Numbered from the whole stretch's first letter, positions 9,278 through 18,519 are shown. The stretch: 54,785 nucleotides of DNA, filler included, from a bacterium (GCA_026985515.1; 3 parts of 3 records of this genome joined end to end with filler, not necessarily neighbours in it), one strand, 5' to 3'. Notes: generated by a model not told the origin, from the sequence alone. Made by a program: numbers and translations.

Positions 9278-12200
9278 TTATCTTATGGGAGGGGCAAGTC
9301 CTTCAAATTTCACAAAATAGATTTTGTGCCCAGTAACGGAATATTCTCCAGATCCTATTATTGAATAGTAGAAAAAGTTTCCAGGATGCTGCGGATCTGG
9401 GGAAACGAAAGTATCTATAACAGTAGGTGAAAAACCTTTGTTATCCGCAACTATTTCTGGATGCTCGTAATTGGAAATGTCAAAAACAAACAACCCAATG
9501 GAACCAAGGGAAACAAAGAGATACTGAGCAGTTTTATCAATTGACTTGATAACAGCCCCCTGGGTCTGCTCCTGCTGATTCAGATAATCGTTTATATCAA
9601 TTTTGCTCAAAAGATAGGGTTGAGATGGATCGGAAATATTGTAAAGAAAAATTGTTTTTGAAGTGGCAGTTATCAACAGATCCCTCTGAATATAGTTGTC
9701 AACCACAGAACTATTCGCCGCTTCCCCTGACAGAAATGTCACAACTGGTGGAGCGCTGAGGGTGTAGGAAAGAATACTTCCTGAGATAGTGATCAAATTA
9801 CTGTTGTCCCTGGCCACATAGATGGGGGCATCCTGCCTCATACAGTAGGAATACCCACCAACTATGGAAGGATTCATCTCTGCTCCCAGTCTCTGATAGT
9901 AAAGTCGAGGGGAAGTGTTGCTGTCATCACAGAAGAATACAAAGTTTGAATTATCACCGGAAAGTTTTTTAATTTTTTTATCAGGTCCCCACTGATTCAA
10001 AAATACAGGTTTACGGAAGTTTCTGAAGTCGTATTCGTAAACTCCATAATTGTTTGAAGCAATGTAAAGATGGGAGCGGGAACGATCAAAATAGAGTCCG
10101 GTTGCTTCACCATCTATGTCAATATGGGAAACAACTTCCGGGTGAGATATGTCAGTTATATCAATCAGGTCAACACCACCATAACCCTTTGCTGCGAAAA
10201 CATAATTCTTACCAAAACTTTTAAATGACTGGAAAGCGAAGGGAATACCACCAATATTTATCTCTCTGCGAATATTATAACTACTGTCAATTACCGAGAG
10301 TCCTCTGTAATAATTTGATGCATACTTCATATCTGAGAAATCCTGCATATCAGTAAAATCATTTGCGGGACACTTTCCATTAGTGGAGTAACAATCTGAA
10401 ATGGGACCCGCATCTGTCCAGTTGTCAGTTTCCGCTACGAAAATTCTATTATCTGAATGCCAGTTTATATCAGGTGTGGCTGGTTGATAGGGATCAGACA
10501 CATTCAGAAATCTCAACTCATTTCCAGAGAATGTATATGCAATGGGCCATGCAACCCTTATGGGATCAATAAATAATCTATCCACAGAACCGAGATAATC
10601 TTTGTACTCTTTCACTCTACAGGAAGAAGGATCAGAAACAGGTTTGTTCAGACAATTACCATTTAAAAATAAAGGCCTGTCAGGTTCAGTGACATCTATT
10701 ATAAAAAGTGGAACACTATGGTGATCAGGAGGGTAGTTCTCACTGGCATTTATTCCAACGAAAAGGAGATCAGCCTTTTTATATGAGGCAGTATAATATG
10801 CCCATGGATCCCTCAGATAGAATAATGGATCAACCGCAACTCTCTTTTCATCAATGAGATGCCAGTACTCTCTCGGCACCTCAATACCATTTCTGTAAAG
10901 GATAAAATCCTCTGGAGAAGTAACATGGGCAACATACTGGATTCTGGCAATGTAGGAGTGATATTTATCACTGTAATTGAAATAGAGGGGTTCATCTTCA
11001 ACCTGTCCCCCTTTCAGCAGGAAAAGAGAATCTGCAATCCAGTAACTCATAAAAGGAGGTCCTCTGTAAGAATCATAGGGTCCCACAGTTATGAACCTTG
11101 GCTGGAAACAGCTGTAACCAGCTGGACAAATGGATGAATCTTTGACCGCGTAACATCTGGATCCCTGAGGGCATTTCGTCAGAATATCTTTCATACTCAC
11201 AATAACAAGGCCATATTTGTCCGCTGCAATAAAAAAATGTTTTTTAAAGTAAAGGGAATCAAGTATCCTGGAACAGAAGATATCCTGTACATTAAATGGA
11301 CATACTTTCACCTGTTTTACCACATCAAACAATCCTGACGATTTTTCAACACAATCCGGGATGCTGAAATTGGAAATATTCAGTGCTCCAACAACATTTC
11401 TCGCTGAGAACCAGGAAGCATAAACAAAACTCCTGCCGTTATAAAATCCGATGCCTGAGTGACCATGATAATTAAATGATCCCTGTGCATTTGTAAAGAG
11501 ATTGGTATCCTTTACCACAGGTGAAGTTATCCCGTTTTTGAAACTAACAGAAAGAGTTGTGTAAGGTTCTCCAGATTCACCACCTCCACCAGAGACAATA
11601 AGACATCTGTCTCTGTAAAACATTGATACTGCCCCACCTCTCTCTGTATAACTCAAAGGCACCCGGAATCTCTTGAGAAAATATATCGAGCCGGGATCCT
11701 CAGGATTATTCATATAGAAGACATCGATGTTACCATATGATTCACCTAAAAAAAGGAGGTAGTACTTTCCAAGACCGATTCCCTGGAATTCCGGCGGCAG
11801 AATGTTTCTATCATAAAAGGGGCCGGTTACCAGTACCGAATAGGCAAAGGAATCAAGGTCCATGTATCTGGAAACCATCACCGGTGATACATAGACTCTT
11901 ACCTTTGTCCTTCCAGTTACAGATGCGCCACTATCATCATATATTTTCACAATGATTGAAAACTCTCCCGGGCTTGTATAGGCCCAGGAAAGGTTGAGAT
12001 TGGATGGACGATTCTTGACATAATCCACCACCCCGTCGCCATTCATGTCATACTCTACTTTCTCAATTTCTCCATCGGGGTCATGAGCCGATAGATACAG
12101 CATGACGCTCAGCTTTCCATTTGAAAGTGAACCTTCCCGTGGAGAAACATAAAAGGAGTCAATCACCGGTGGCTTATTGCTGGTGACCTTTATAACTTTT

Positions 12201-12586
12201 TCCGGTGGAGTAGCAACAGTGCCCGTCTTCTTATCCTTGATCAGGGCCCTTAAGTTGTACTCTCCAGGCAACTTATATGTGTATGAAACATTCAAACATT
12301 CGCTTCCAGTGTAATCCCACTTCCCATCACCATTAAAATCGACATAATAGGCAAGATCTGTGAAACTTCTGTATTCCTCACCGGCAATCTTTCCAATGAG
12401 AGTAACCTTTACAGTGAGGGGTGCCTTACCCTCCAGGGGATCAACTGTAAAGGCAGTGATAAGAATCACTTCGTTTGAAACTGGCGGTGTTATACGTCCA
12501 TCATTATCTTCCCCTTTCTTTTTACAACCCGATGATATTGAAATTAAAGTTAGAAAAATAGCAAAAAGAAATGTTACTCTTTTCAT
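9278..12586 (-). CDS. Large lipoprotein with two PKD domains and LVIVD-repeat beta-propeller
   Basis: Lipobox ISSG-C. Two PKD repeats (DFNGDGKWDY..YTYKLPGEY; DMNGDGVVDY..YTSPGEF). LVIVD repeats (YVFAAKGYGGVDLIDITD..HP; YLFVSLGSIGLFVFDISN..HP). Cys-rich inserts. Confidence 0.85.
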   Translation of the reverse strand: MKRVTFLFAIFLTLISISSGCKKKGEDNDGRITPPVSNEVILITAFTVDPLEGKAPLTVKVTLIGKIAGEEYRSFTDLAYYVDFNGDGKWDYTGSECLNVSYTYKLPGEYNLRALIKDKKTGTVATPPEKVIKVTSNKPPVIDSFYVSPREGSLSNGKLSVMLYLSAHDPDGEIEKVEYDMNGDGVVDYVKNRPSNLNLSWAYTSPGEFSIIVKIYDDSGASVTGRTKVRVYVSPVMVSRYMDLDSFAYSVLVTGPFYDRNILPPEFQGIGLGKYYLLFLGESYGNIDVFYMNNPEDPGSIYFLKRFRVPLSYTERGGAVSMFYRDRCLIVSGGGGESGEPYTTLSVSFKNGITSPVVKDTNLFTNAQGSFNYHGHSGIGFYNGRSFVYASWFSARNVVGALNISNFSIPDCVEKSSGLFDVVKQVKVCPFNVQDIFCSRILDSLYFKKHFFIAADKYGLVIVSMKDILTKCPQGSRCYAVKDSSICPAGYSCFQPRFITVGPYDSYRGPPFMSYWIADSLFLLKGGQVEDEPLYFNYSDKYHSYIARIQYVAHVTSPEDFILYRNGIEVPREYWHLIDEKRVAVDPLFYLRDPWAYYTASYKKADLLFVGINASENYPPDHHSVPLFIIDVTEPDRPLFLNGNCLNKPVSDPSSCRVKEYKDYLGSVDRLFIDPIRVAWPIAYTFSGNELRFLNVSDPYQPATPDINWHSDNRIFVAETDNWTDAGPISDCYSTNGKCPANDFTDMQDFSDMKYASNYYRGLSVIDSSYNIRREINIGGIPFAFQSFKSFGKNYVFAAKGYGGVDLIDITDISHPEVVSHIDIDGEATGLYFDRSRSHLYIASNNYGVYEYDFRNFRKPVFLNQWGPDKKIKKLSGDNSNFVFFCDDSNTSPRLYYQRLGAEMNPSIVGGYSYCMRQDAPIYVARDNSNLITISGSILSYTLSAPPVVTFLSGEAANSSVVDNYIQRDLLITATSKTIFLYNISDPSQPYLLSKIDINDYLNQQEQTQGAVIKSIDKTAQYLFVSLGSIGLFVFDISNYEHPEIVADNKGFSPTVIDTFVSPDPQHPGNFFYYSIIGSGEYSVTGHKIYFVKFEGLAPPIR

Positions 12587-12599
12587 CTCATCTGATTAT

Positions 12600-12615
12600 T
12601 ACAAAATGCGTGCCA
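12600..12615 (-). promoter_or_regulatory. Sigma54-like promoter TGGCACGCATTTTGTA for the PKD/LVIVD lipoprotein
   Basis: Consensus TGGCACG -24 box with correct spacing; -12 is TTGTA. Predicted +1 ~12589, 3 nt before ATG 12586. Confidence 0.6.
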
Positions 12616-12633
12616 GACCAGAGTAGTTGTAAA

Positions 12634-15456
12634 TCAATTTTTTATCTTTCTAAACAGTCCATAACCGGTAAGCCACAGGAAAGTAAGAAGAATTATTACT
12701 ATGTAACCTGCAGGATTTCCAGAGGTACAACCAAACCCCTCAGACCTGATCTCAAAAACCAGACCTTTCTCTGAAACATTTCCTGCCTCGTCACGGGCTC
12801 TGACAATTAATCTGTGAGTTCCGCTTTTTAAACCATCAAGAGGAATGATCCTTGAAGTTGTCCAGGGTGAAAAATCTCCATTATCTATCTTCCATGAAAT
12901 CGTTACATCAGACATATCTTCGGTACCAACAACGATAGAGTCACCATTTGAAAATACAGTTTCAGGATTAAGGAATGAAATTTCAGGTGGAGTTCTGTCC
13001 ACAATAAATTCAACCTTTGCAGGTGTGTAGTCCATCCATGTATACCCGGCATAGGATTGAATGGCTGCAACCTCAAGAGTGTGTTTTCCGTCAAGAAGTC
13101 CCTTTAAATTTACCGAAACCTCTTTTGTTTTGACGGGTGGATGCCATAATCCTCCATCCAGTCTGTATGTGTAAAGAAGATTATCTGGATCAACGAGTTT
13201 ACTTGAACCATTGTATTTGAATATCAATTCATCTTTGTTGGTCACAAATTTACTCACATATGAAGCTGGCAGAAATACCTCATCCCCCTGGGCACCGGGT
13301 ACCTCAATCGTTGTATCTGGATGCAAATCAGCCGGCGACGCACCGGAAAGAGAAAGATTACCCAGGAACTGAAAAATGTTAACATTACCGAGCAGAGTTA
13401 TATACAGACTGAACCACTTATTATCTGGTCCATCTGGACCAGAATAGTGAAGGTCAAAAGTTAATCCCGCCAGTCTGAATCTTGTTTCAACATAAAACTG
13501 AACATATGAGGACATGAGAACAGGAATCAAATTGGAAAATTGATCTTTCAACAGTGAAGTATTAACATCTATTTCAGATGATACCACTTCTATGGGGGTT
13601 ACTCCATAGCTGATAAGAGAGGGACTGTTTATCTCTCCGTAAAGCATTATATAGCCCGGGACATAATCTGGCAAATAATCGTAATTGGGATCACACTCAG
13701 GCTGTCCATAGTAGGGATCAAGGGGACTGCAACCTTTGTGAAATTCAAGATCAAATCCCGCTGTAAGGTTCCACCTCAACGTCATTATTCGTTTCTTGAC
13801 GTTATATTTATCAGTAAACCAGAACTCAAAATCAAGTGCGGGGAAATAAAAGGCAACATCAAATTTCCCGGTCATCCCCTGACCGGGCCCACTGGAATTG
13901 TTGTAGGTTCCAACTCCAACTGCAGCAGTGGGAGTAGCTCTCGGCACCATTTTGATTTCAACATATGAATTATCTTTTGCAAGTCTTCCCAGGACCGGTA
14001 TAAGATTCTTCCATACATCTACTTTTAGAAAATCTTTAAAAGGTGTTTCCTTACCATTTTCATCGTATGGAGTCATCTCAAACTCCACTATTCCTGCTGC
14101 AAAGGCTGCATAGAGGACCTGCTTGAGAAAGTTCTCATGGATTGAAAGAGCCATATCGTAATTGAATACATTTGATGAACCATCATCCTTAATCCCATTA
14201 TGATTGGCATCATACATTACTGTCCTGAAGCCTCCCCAGGTGTTTACTCCATACTTTATGAGAGTCAGACTACCAAGAGATGGAGGAGTCACATTGGGTG
14301 GAGGAACATCTGATTTGTCTATAAGCGGTGGACCAAAATCTGTGGGACCGGAATCATCATCAAACTGCTGGTCCTCGTCAACTCCATCGTTGTGATTGTA
14401 AAGTGCACAAATTCCAAAGAAATCTGTTGGTTCAGGATTATTTAAGTCAATATCCCTGGAGCAATCCGCATTAAACAGAATTGGTTCAGCTGCTGCGTTC
14501 AAACGAATATCCATTGCACAATTTGTGTATGTGGAAGGCTTCCACAATCCATTGGAGTCGTAAGTTCCATTTACTTCATGATACTGCGTACTTGAACTGT
14601 ATGAAGAATCCACCACATCAGGATTCTGACCGTAGAGACCAACATCTACCAGTCCCTTTCCTATTTTCCATGGATCACCCAGGAGATTATTCATATCAAT
14701 GGGTAGTGCACCAGCAAGTGCGCTTTTAAGGCTGTTATTCAGGATATTTTGAAATTTACTTTCTAATATAGGTTTTAACAAATTTAACAAATCATCAGTC
14801 AATGAACCCGGATCAATATTCAAATCAAATTTTGCATCTTTTAAATTACTTAATATCACATCAGTAACATTAATATCAACATCCAGAGCATCAGGATTAT
14901 AAATTCCATCATTTGAATTATCAAAGAAAAAGAATTTCATTGAGGCAACTATATCAAAATAATACCACTCTACAAAACCTCCTCCTCTACCGATTGTATC
15001 ACCCGCGTCTATGCCTAACTCCGCATAAACATCTGGAATACTGATCCTGAATACTATTGAATCTGCTGGAAAATCGCCACAATTGCCAGGCCCAGTACAA
15101 AACCCAAATTTTGTTATATCTGCACCATCCCAGACATTATGACAGGGAGAAGGTTTTGGATAATTATAACAACTTCTTCCGTTAGATTGCCTCGGACCAG
15201 GAAAAGTATAACCGCTGTGATAGGGAGGAGTGTGATGAAAATCCCTCAAAGTTTCATATGATCCATCAGCTTTTAATACAGTAGGACTATTAGTCCATGT
15301 AAAATATAAATGGGTCTCGTCCACATATACTGCCTGGTCATCACCAGGAAAGCAATAGTAGCCATCCGTATTATCTCCTCCTCCATGTTCATAATGAGAA
15401 GAACAATAACAACAGGAATAACCATAACAGCTTCCGCTACAATGACCCCTACAACT
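12634..15456 (-). CDS. Large surface protein: Cys-rich N-part, BPI/LBP(TULIP)-like core, two Ig-like domains, MYXO-CTERM/GC_trans_RRR-like anchor; 5'-truncated by contig end
   Basis: Frame is open to the contig edge (SCRGHCSGSCYGYSCCYC... precedes the track start at 15324). Ig-like YRLDGG..DGKHTLEVAA and DRTPPEI..GTHRLIVRARDEAGN. C-terminus GFGC-linker-TM-RKIK. Confidence 0.8.
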   Translation of the reverse strand, partial: SCRGHCSGSCYGYSCCYCSSHYEHGGGDNTDGYYCFPGDDQAVYVDETHLYFTWTNSPTVLKADGSYETLRDFHHTPPYHSGYTFPGPRQSNGRSCYNYPKPSPCHNVWDGADITKFGFCTGPGNCGDFPADSIVFRISIPDVYAELGIDAGDTIGRGGGFVEWYYFDIVASMKFFFFDNSNDGIYNPDALDVDINVTDVILSNLKDAKFDLNIDPGSLTDDLLNLLKPILESKFQNILNNSLKSALAGALPIDMNNLLGDPWKIGKGLVDVGLYGQNPDVVDSSYSSSTQYHEVNGTYDSNGLWKPSTYTNCAMDIRLNAAAEPILFNADCSRDIDLNNPEPTDFFGICALYNHNDGVDEDQQFDDDSGPTDFGPPLIDKSDVPPPNVTPPSLGSLTLIKYGVNTWGGFRTVMYDANHNGIKDDGSSNVFNYDMALSIHENFLKQVLYAAFAAGIVEFEMTPYDENGKETPFKDFLKVDVWKNLIPVLGRLAKDNSYVEIKMVPRATPTAAVGVGTYNNSSGPGQGMTGKFDVAFYFPALDFEFWFTDKYNVKKRIMTLRWNLTAGFDLEFHKGCSPLDPYYGQPECDPNYDYLPDYVPGYIMLYGEINSPSLISYGVTPIEVVSSEIDVNTSLLKDQFSNLIPVLMSSYVQFYVETRFRLAGLTFDLHYSGPDGPDNKWFSLYITLLGNVNIFQFLGNLSLSGASPADLHPDTTIEVPGAQGDEVFLPASYVSKFVTNKDELIFKYNGSSKLVDPDNLLYTYRLDGGLWHPPVKTKEVSVNLKGLLDGKHTLEVAAIQSYAGYTWMDYTPAKVEFIVDRTPPEISFLNPETVFSNGDSIVVGTEDMSDVTISWKIDNGDFSPWTTSRIIPLDGLKSGTHRLIVRARDEAGNVSEKGLVFEIRSEGFGCTSGNPAGYIVIILLTFLWLTGYGLFRKIKN

Positions 15457-15556
15457 NNNNNNNNNNNNNNNNNNNNNNNNNNNNNNNNNNNNNNNNNNNN
15501 TTAATTAATTAANNNNNNNNNNNNNNNNNNNNNNNNNNNNNNNNNNNNNNNNNNNN
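15457..15556. other. Artificial contig linker (N44-TTAATTAATTAA-N44)
   Basis: A six-frame stop spacer inside an N run; an identical copy sits at 38104-38203. Confidence 0.97.
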
Positions 15557-15609
15557 CTTATGCTTCGCCTTCCAAATATCACCTCTTCTATGAACTTTCT
15601 CCCTTCCAT
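15557..15609 (-). CDS. N-terminal fragment of a probable nitroreductase family protein (3'-truncated by contig end)
   Basis: ATG 15609 reads MEGRKFIEEVIFGRRSI(R/S), matching the FMN-binding RRSIR motif. Preceded by a promoter-like element. Confidence 0.6.
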
Positions 15610-15617
15610 ACAGGTTT

Positions 15618-15645
15618 ATTTTACCAGAATCTGGTTCGGGGTCAA
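15618..15645 (-). promoter_or_regulatory. Sigma70-type promoter TTGACC-N16-TAAAAT (extended -10), likely leaderless
   Basis: The -10 is separated from ATG 15609 by 8 nt; no SD. Confidence 0.5.
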
Positions 15646-15669
15646 ACAATTCAGGATATGATAAAAATT

Positions 15670-15698
15670 TTGCAAATAGAAGTGGCTTATAGTAAGAT
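15670..15698 (+). promoter_or_regulatory. Sigma70-type promoter TTGCAA-N17-TAAGAT
   Basis: Upstream of a GAGGAGG SD and ATG 15727. Confidence 0.5.
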
Positions 15699-15726
15699 GA
15701 AAGAAAAATTGAGGAGGTTTTTTAAG

Positions 15727-16671
15727 ATGAAACGAAGATTTATTTTTGTACTGCTTTTAGCTGTAGTTTTTACATTTACTTATGGTAGTTGCAGTAAAAA
15801 CGAGGCCAGGGGTGGGGAGGAAACTGGTGGTAAAACAGAAAGTGTGAAATCTGGAAATCTTGCAGAATCAGACATTCCCAGAATAAAAAAAATTGCAGAA
15901 GATTTTGTTTTAAAAATGGCAAGGGGGAATAAAAACGCCCAGATAAGAGTTCTGAAAGTTACGGAATCGGTTATTCCTGGAGTTGCAAAAGTCAGAGTGG
16001 AATGGAAACAGGGAGGATATGGAAAGAGATTCAATCTCTATGTTACGAATGATGGAAAATATATTTTTATGGGTCCCATTGTTCCGGCAAATGGTGACCT
16101 CTCTGGAATTCAGTCGGAAGAAGTTGATTTTGTAGATGAATCAATGATAAACACAAAAGGTGCACCCTCTATAGGTCCCAAAGATGCACCCATCAGAATT
16201 GTTGAGTTCGCTGATTTTCAGTGTCCCTACTGCGGAATGATGTATAACACCATGAAGCAGGTTCTTGAGCAATATAAAGGGAAAGTAAGATTTACCTTCA
16301 AACACTTCCCGCTTTCTTTTCACAAATGGGCGGAACCTGCAGCTCTTGCTGCTCAGTGCGCATACAACCAGAAACCCGATGCATTCTGGGACTTCTACAA
16401 CTACTTCTACCAGAATCAGAGAGAATTCACTCCACAGAACATCGAGGAAAAATCAATAGAAGAGGCAAAGAAAATTGGACTCAATGTTAAGAAGTTCAAA
16501 AAATGTCTCAAAGATCCTTCCACAAAAGATCAGATAAAAAAATCTTTTCAGGATGGTCTGAAATTGCAGGTCAGATCAACACCAACCCTCTTTATCAATG
16601 GCAGATACATTCCCGGTGCCCTTCCCTTCAATCAGATCAAATCCATAATCGACAGCGAGCTTCAAAAATAA
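15727..16671 (+). CDS. DsbA/Com1-like thiol:disulfide oxidoreductase lipoprotein with DsbC-like N-terminal domain
   Basis: Lipobox-like TYGS-C; EFADFQCPYC; KHFPL.FH; STPT cis-Pro loop; N-domain ESVIPG..V..LYVTNDGKYIF.G. Confidence 0.9.
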   Translation: MKRRFIFVLLLAVVFTFTYGSCSKNEARGGEETGGKTESVKSGNLAESDIPRIKKIAEDFVLKMARGNKNAQIRVLKVTESVIPGVAKVRVEWKQGGYGKRFNLYVTNDGKYIFMGPIVPANGDLSGIQSEEVDFVDESMINTKGAPSIGPKDAPIRIVEFADFQCPYCGMMYNTMKQVLEQYKGKVRFTFKHFPLSFHKWAEPAALAAQCAYNQKPDAFWDFYNYFYQNQREFTPQNIEEKSIEEAKKIGLNVKKFKKCLKDPSTKDQIKKSFQDGLKLQVRSTPTLFINGRYIPGALPFNQIKSIIDSELQK

Positions 16672-16700
16672 AAAAAGGCGGGATTTCCCCCGCCTTTTTT
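16671..16700. terminator. Bidirectional intrinsic terminator
   Basis: AAAAAAGGCGGG-ATTTCC-CCCGCCTTTTTT between convergent genes. Confidence 0.9.
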
Positions 16701-18519
16701 AATCAAATTTCTCCTCGTAAAGGGAATCAAGAAGATCTCTGTACTTGTTCAGAATCACCTTTCTCTTCATCTTAAGAGAGGGAGTTAACTCCCCTGTTTC
16801 GATGGAAAAATCAGTTGGGAGAATTATAAACTTCTTTATCGTTTCGTAGGAGGCCAGCTGTTTGTTTCTCTCCTCAATCTCCTTTCTTATGAGCAGTTCA
16901 ATCTGGGGATCCTTTGCAAGATCCTCAAGTTTCTCATATCTGATCCCATGTGCATCTGCATATTCTTTAACCTGCTCATAATCGAGAGTCACAAGGGCTG
17001 TAAGATACTTTCTCTTATCCCCATACACAAAACACTGGCTGATATAGGGAGATGTCTTCATGAGATTTTCAATGTACTGCGGTGCAATATTCTTTCCTCC
17101 AGCAGTAACAATTATATCCTTCTTCCTGTCTGTAATTCTCAGAAACCCCTCTTCATCAAATTCTCCTATGTCCCCTGAATGGAACCAGCCATCCGGGTCA
17201 AGGGCTTCCTTTGTTTCTTCAGGATTCCTGTAGTAACCTGTCATCACACCCGGGCCTCTGATCAGAATTTCACCATCCTCAGCTATCTTTTCCTCCGTGC
17301 CGGGAATGGTGGGACCAACAGTTCCAAATTTGTACTTATCTGGCCTGTTTACATTGGCAGGAGCGGTGGTTTCAGTTAAACCGTAACCCTCAAGAATAAG
17401 GACATCAGCTGCGTGGAAAAATTCTGCAATATCTTTGGATAATGGAGCTCCTCCAGAAACAAAGAACCTTATTCTTCCTCCGAAGAGATCATGAATTTTA
17501 CTCAAAACAAGTTTATAAGCGAGATTGTACTGTAACTGCAGAGAGAGGGGAAGGGGTTTATTTTTCTGTTTGTACTGGCTCACCTTTCTTCCCACTCCCA
17601 TACTCCAGTTAAAAAGAGCTCTCTTAACAGGACTTGCACTTTCAAGACCCACCTTTATCTTTGTGTAAATCTTTTCATAAATCCTTGGAACACTGACAAC
17701 AAAGGTAGGCTTTGCACTCTGCATATCTTCAAGAAGGGTGTCTATTCCTCTGGCAAAACTCGTGCACACCCTTGCCTGAATAATTGAATACTGAACAGCC
17801 CTCCCAAGAATATGTGCATAAGGCAACCAGGCAAAATTCTCATCGTAGTCAGGATCAAAATCAACTATTTTCAGAATGGCAGCACCAATGTAGATAAAAT
17901 TGCGGTGGGGAAGCATAACACCCTTGGGAACTCCAGTTGTCCCTGAGGTGTAAACTATTGAGGCGAGATCCATAAGATCCAGTGATTCAGCAACCTTATA
18001 AAATTCTTCGTCATTTATCTGAGACCTTCCAAATTCAAGGAAGTCGTCAAAGCCTATTATGAGATCACCACCATTTTCCGGAACCTCATTACTGAAAACA
18101 ATGATCTTCTTTAACTCCGGAAGTTCATCCTTTACTGTGAGGATCTTTTCAAGCTGAAGTCTATTTTCAACAAAGATAAACTTTGAGCCGGAATGATCAA
18201 TTATATAGTGACTCTCCCTCGCTGTATTTGACTGATAAATGGGTACCGTCACACCACCACCAATTATTATTCCAAGATCCGTTATAACCCATTTATGGTT
18301 TGTGTTGGAGAGAATGTTTACCCTGTCTCCCTTTTCCATTCCAAGAGCCATCAACCCCTTTGCAATGCTCTTTGACATTTCAAACCACTCATTCCAGGAA
18401 ATGGGAATCCACTTCCCGTCCTGAAGATATTTCAGACCAGGTTTATCACCTCTTGCCTCCACAGAAGCCTTAAACATATGGTAGATACTTTTGTAGGGGA
18501 TCAGATCATTTTGTACCAT
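16699..18519 (-). CDS. fadD: Long-chain fatty acid--CoA ligase (AMP-forming)
   Basis: YTSGTTGVPKG, SGGAPL, EGYGLTET, GWFHSGDIG, ITDRKKD, ELTPSLKMKR. Confidence 0.92.
   Translation of the reverse strand: MVQNDLIPYKSIYHMFKASVEARGDKPGLKYLQDGKWIPISWNEWFEMSKSIAKGLMALGMEKGDRVNILSNTNHKWVITDLGIIIGGGVTVPIYQSNTARESHYIIDHSGSKFIFVENRLQLEKILTVKDELPELKKIIVFSNEVPENGGDLIIGFDDFLEFGRSQINDEEFYKVAESLDLMDLASIVYTSGTTGVPKGVMLPHRNFIYIGAAILKIVDFDPDYDENFAWLPYAHILGRAVQYSIIQARVCTSFARGIDTLLEDMQSAKPTFVVSVPRIYEKIYTKIKVGLESASPVKRALFNWSMGVGRKVSQYKQKNKPLPLSLQLQYNLAYKLVLSKIHDLFGGRIRFFVSGGAPLSKDIAEFFHAADVLILEGYGLTETTAPANVNRPDKYKFGTVGPTIPGTEEKIAEDGEILIRGPGVMTGYYRNPEETKEALDPDGWFHSGDIGEFDEEGFLRITDRKKDIIVTAGGKNIAPQYIENLMKTSPYISQCFVYGDKRKYLTALVTLDYEQVKEYADAHGIRYEKLEDLAKDPQIELLIRKEIEERNKQLASYETIKKFIILPTDFSIETGELTPSLKMKRKVILNKYRDLLDSLYEEKFD

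Noticed and set aside
15310-15504. Plus-strand Ile/Thr-rich ORF
   Set aside because: Antisense shadow of the Cys/Tyr/Gly-rich minus-strand coding frame, and it runs into Ns.
15501-15512. TTAATTAATTAA palindrome as a biological repeat (also 38148-38159)
   Set aside because: It is an assembly spacer embedded in Ns.
12634-16671. Operonic link between the Dsb lipoprotein and the Cys-rich BPI-like protein
   Set aside because: They are separated by an artificial linker and lie on different contigs.
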